Source of the DNA: Nitrosospira multiformis ATCC 25196
Lineage (GTDB): Bacteria; Pseudomonadota; Gammaproteobacteria; Burkholderiales; Nitrosomonadaceae
DNA: 32,000 nucleotides
Direction: 5' to 3'
NCBI RefSeq assembly: GCF_000196355.1
Contig: NC_007614.1
Coordinates: forward strand, 1,830,001 to 1,862,000
Position numbers and translations under genes: made by a program. Position 1 is the first letter of the stretch. Each line of letters begins with the position of its first letter. Of this stretch, positions 29,589 to 32,000 are shown one piece after another. The notes under the pieces are model-generated. The model had not been told where the DNA came from. It saw only the letters and a list, made by a program, of their open reading frames with translations, and did no database searches.

Positions 29589-30364
29589 TTCTCGCCTTGC
29601 GGTAAAGTTCCAATGCGTGCAGCCTTGGGCGGCTCATTCGTGGCGGCTGTGCCTTTGATCTTGCGTGCAATCGGCGACATTGCTCTTTTCCTCGCCCGCA
29701 CTTCTTTCCATTCAGGCTTGATAACGCGCATGCCATGAACACGCTTGACTGCGGTGAGGAAATAGACACCCCCGGAGAAGCGCCCCAAGCGCTCTCCTGC
29801 CTCTTCCATGAAATGAAAACGCGTCAGCCATTTCTCCTGACTGAATGGGGGTGCGTAGCAGCATTGGCGGTCTTCCGTGATTTCAAAATCCAATAATGTC
29901 AGCCAGTCCTTGAGCCGCGGCAACGCGATAAAATTGCCCCGCCACGGAAAACCCCCCTCCCGCGGCGAGCCGAACAAGCCTCTTATGCCCCAGAGGCTGC
30001 GTGGATTGAAACCGGAAACAATAAGATTACCTTCCGGCATCAATACCCGCTGCACCTCACGGAGTATCTGATGAGGATTGGAACTGAATTCGAGCATATG
30101 GGGCATAAGCACGAGGTCGGTGCTATTCGTCTCGATCGGCAGAAAGTCAGGAGCGGCAAGAACGTCGGCTCCTTTTTCAGGGGCCGCACAAAACTTGAGT
30201 GGCATACGGTTCGTGCGCAGGAAATCGTATTGCGGAAACCCGACCTGCACCGCGTTGTAACCGAACACGTTTGCCACCGCCTTATCGAAATATTTCTGCT
30301 CCCGTTCCAGCAGATACTGGCCCAGGCAAGTTTCAAACCACTCGACTATACTTTTGGTTTGCAT
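29585..30364 (-). CDS. SAM-dependent methyltransferase-like protein
   Basis: [53 protein letters not shown]; overlaps rnhA by 4 nt; common rnhA neighbour in betaproteobacteria. Confidence 0.88.
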   Translation of the reverse strand: MQTKSIVEWFETCLGQYLLEREQKYFDKAVANVFGYNAVQVGFPQYDFLRTNRMPLKFCAAPEKGADVLAAPDFLPIETNSTDLVLMPHMLEFSSNPHQILREVQRVLMPEGNLIVSGFNPRSLWGIRGLFGSPREGGFPWRGNFIALPRLKDWLTLLDFEITEDRQCCYAPPFSQEKWLTRFHFMEEAGERLGRFSGGVYFLTAVKRVHGMRVIKPEWKEVRARKRAMSPIARKIKGTAATNEPPKAARIGTLPQGEK

Positions 30365-30526
30365 ATTTAACGTCAACTGGCGTTCAACCAGGAGTGCTAT
30401 GACTCGATCATGTAAAATCGCTCAGCTCATGAATCAGCAGAAATATCCATCTGCCTGACCTGTTGCTCACCCTTCGGCACCTCCGCCGGCTGCTAGCCGC
30501 CTCAAAACACCTGAATAGCGCCTATC

Positions 30527-31321
30527 ATGACTACTACTCCCAATATCGTTCCGATTCACGCTTTCAAGGACAATTACATCTGGCTCATCCGCGATCATTA
30601 TCATGCTGCCGTTATAGATCCTGGCGATGCGTCCCCTGTCCTGGATTATCTGAGCCGCGAAAAGCTGAAGCTCATCGCCATTCTCAATACTCATCACCAT
30701 CCCGATCACGTCGGCGGAAATGCTGAACTGTTGCGGGAATTTGCCGTACCCGTCTTTGGGCCGGCGAAAGAATCGATTCCGACGCTCACCCATCGTCTCA
30801 AGGAATGCAGTGATATAGAAAACGAAGAAGGCTGTGTATATCTTCCGGAATTCTCACTCAGCTTCCGCGTGCTCGATATCCCTGGTCACACCTCCGGCCA
30901 CATCGCCTATTATGGCGCAAACATGCTCTTTTGTGGTGACACCCTGTTTGGCTGCGGGTGCGGACGATTGTTCGAAGGTACAGCGCAGCAAATGGTCGAC
31001 TCCCTGAAAAAACTGGCGGATTTGCCCAAGGATACGCTGATCTATTGCGGCCATGAATACACGCTCAGCAATATCCGCTTCGCAAGGACAGTCGAACCTG
31101 GCAATCAAGCATTGGCGAAGCGCGAAGTGGAAGCCGAAAAATTGCGTAACGAAGGCCTGCCCACCCTGCCCTCCACCATTGCGCTGGAAAAAGCGACCAA
31201 TCCGTTCCTGCGCTGTACTGAAGCGGAAGTCATCGAAAGCGCCAGCAACCATGCGGGGAAACCGTTAAACGACCGTGTCAGCGTATTTGCCGCCATCCGG
31301 GAATGGAAAAATCACTTTTGA
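30527..31321 (+). CDS. gloB: hydroxyacylglutathione hydrolase (glyoxalase II)
   Basis: LNTHHHPDHVGGN metal motif, DIPGHTSGHIAYYG, LFCGDTLFGCGCGRLFEG, and IYCGHEYTLSNIRFA. Confidence 0.96.
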   Translation: MTTTPNIVPIHAFKDNYIWLIRDHYHAAVIDPGDASPVLDYLSREKLKLIAILNTHHHPDHVGGNAELLREFAVPVFGPAKESIPTLTHRLKECSDIENEEGCVYLPEFSLSFRVLDIPGHTSGHIAYYGANMLFCGDTLFGCGCGRLFEGTAQQMVDSLKKLADLPKDTLIYCGHEYTLSNIRFARTVEPGNQALAKREVEAEKLRNEGLPTLPSTIALEKATNPFLRCTEAEVIESASNHAGKPLNDRVSVFAAIREWKNHF

Positions 31322-31570
31322 CATTATCTTTTTCTATACGTCGGTTCTCCAACAGCTTGTGCCGAAAATAAATTTGAATGGTGAAGCAATTGCGTTGTCC
31401 TAATTTTGTGCTTTACTTGGGGTCTTTACTTGGGGTACTCGCTACAACCCCTGCACGCACGCAAAAAATAGCAGGATTAGCGCTCCAGTCATGGAATACT
31501 GATTTCCGAATCCATGACGTCATCCACTCCGCCGCTCACTGTAGCGGCGCTACGCTTTCGGAGGACAATA

Positions 31571-32000
31571 CATGAACCCATTGGAACAGCTATTGCAATG
31601 CGGACAAGCCGTCTGGCTGGATTCGATCAGTCGCGACCTCATCAAGAGCGGGCAACTGCAGCGCCTGGTAACCGGAGACAAGCTGCATGGCCTGACAAGC
31701 AATCCCACTATTTTCGAGCAGGCGATCGGGCACAGCGATGCTTACGACAACGCGCTGCGCCAGCTATTGCGAACCAATGAAAAACAAACCGAAAAGGCCC
31801 TGTTCGATGCGCTGGCTATCGAGGATATTCGCATGGCCGCAGATGTGTTGCGGTCCGTATATGATGAAACCCATGGTGGGGACGGGTACGTCAGCCTGGA
31901 GGTATCACCCCACCTGGCACGCGATACCGGAGGCAGTATCGCAGAAGCCAAGCGCTTATGGCAAGCCGTGGAGCGGCCCAATCTCATGATTAAAATCCCC
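31571..32000 (+). CDS. tal: transaldolase (3' truncated by window end)
   Basis: MNPLEQLLQCGQAVWLDSISRDLIKSGQLQRLVTGDKLHGLTSNPTIFEQAIGHSDAYD...GYVSLEVSPHLARDTGGSIAEAKRLWQAVERPNLMIKIP; GGAGG RBS. Confidence 0.92.

Overview
This 32 kb window is ordinary bacterial core and accessory chromosome. It most likely comes from an ammonia-oxidizing betaproteobacterium: a near-textbook nitrosocyanin (Cys-X2-His-X4-His plus the SEG Glu motif) lies at 4649-5062 (-). Well supported content: a UbiB/ABC1-kinase protein, an HNH protein, a small Cys-rich repeat protein convergent with nitrosocyanin, CsbD, tRNA-Glu(TTC), tRNA-Ala(GGC), gltX, tRNA-Val(CAC), a PAS-GGDEF-EAL protein, a YcgR/PilZ protein, a Tat-type multicopper oxidase followed by a monoheme cytochrome c protein, a four-gene Mla/MCE transport operon, a PPDK/PEP-utilizing enzyme, an ion-channel-like protein, a LapA-domain protein, a radical SAM protein, dnaQ, rnhA, a methyltransferase, gloB, and the 5' part of a transaldolase. 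I found no CRISPR array, intact transposon, phage or toxin/defence island, and nothing I can defend as a clearly new system. The best leads are (i) a perfect lux-box-like 20-mer in a long intergenic region between a GGDEF/EAL gene and a PilZ gene, (ii) a cluster of DnaA-box-like 9-mers beside an AT-rich tract in the same region, (iii) the duplicated six-Cys module protein next to nitrosocyanin, (iv) an HNH protein with Tyr at the usual catalytic-His position, and (v) a channel with an atypical TMGSEY filter. All motif and coordinate calls were made by eye.
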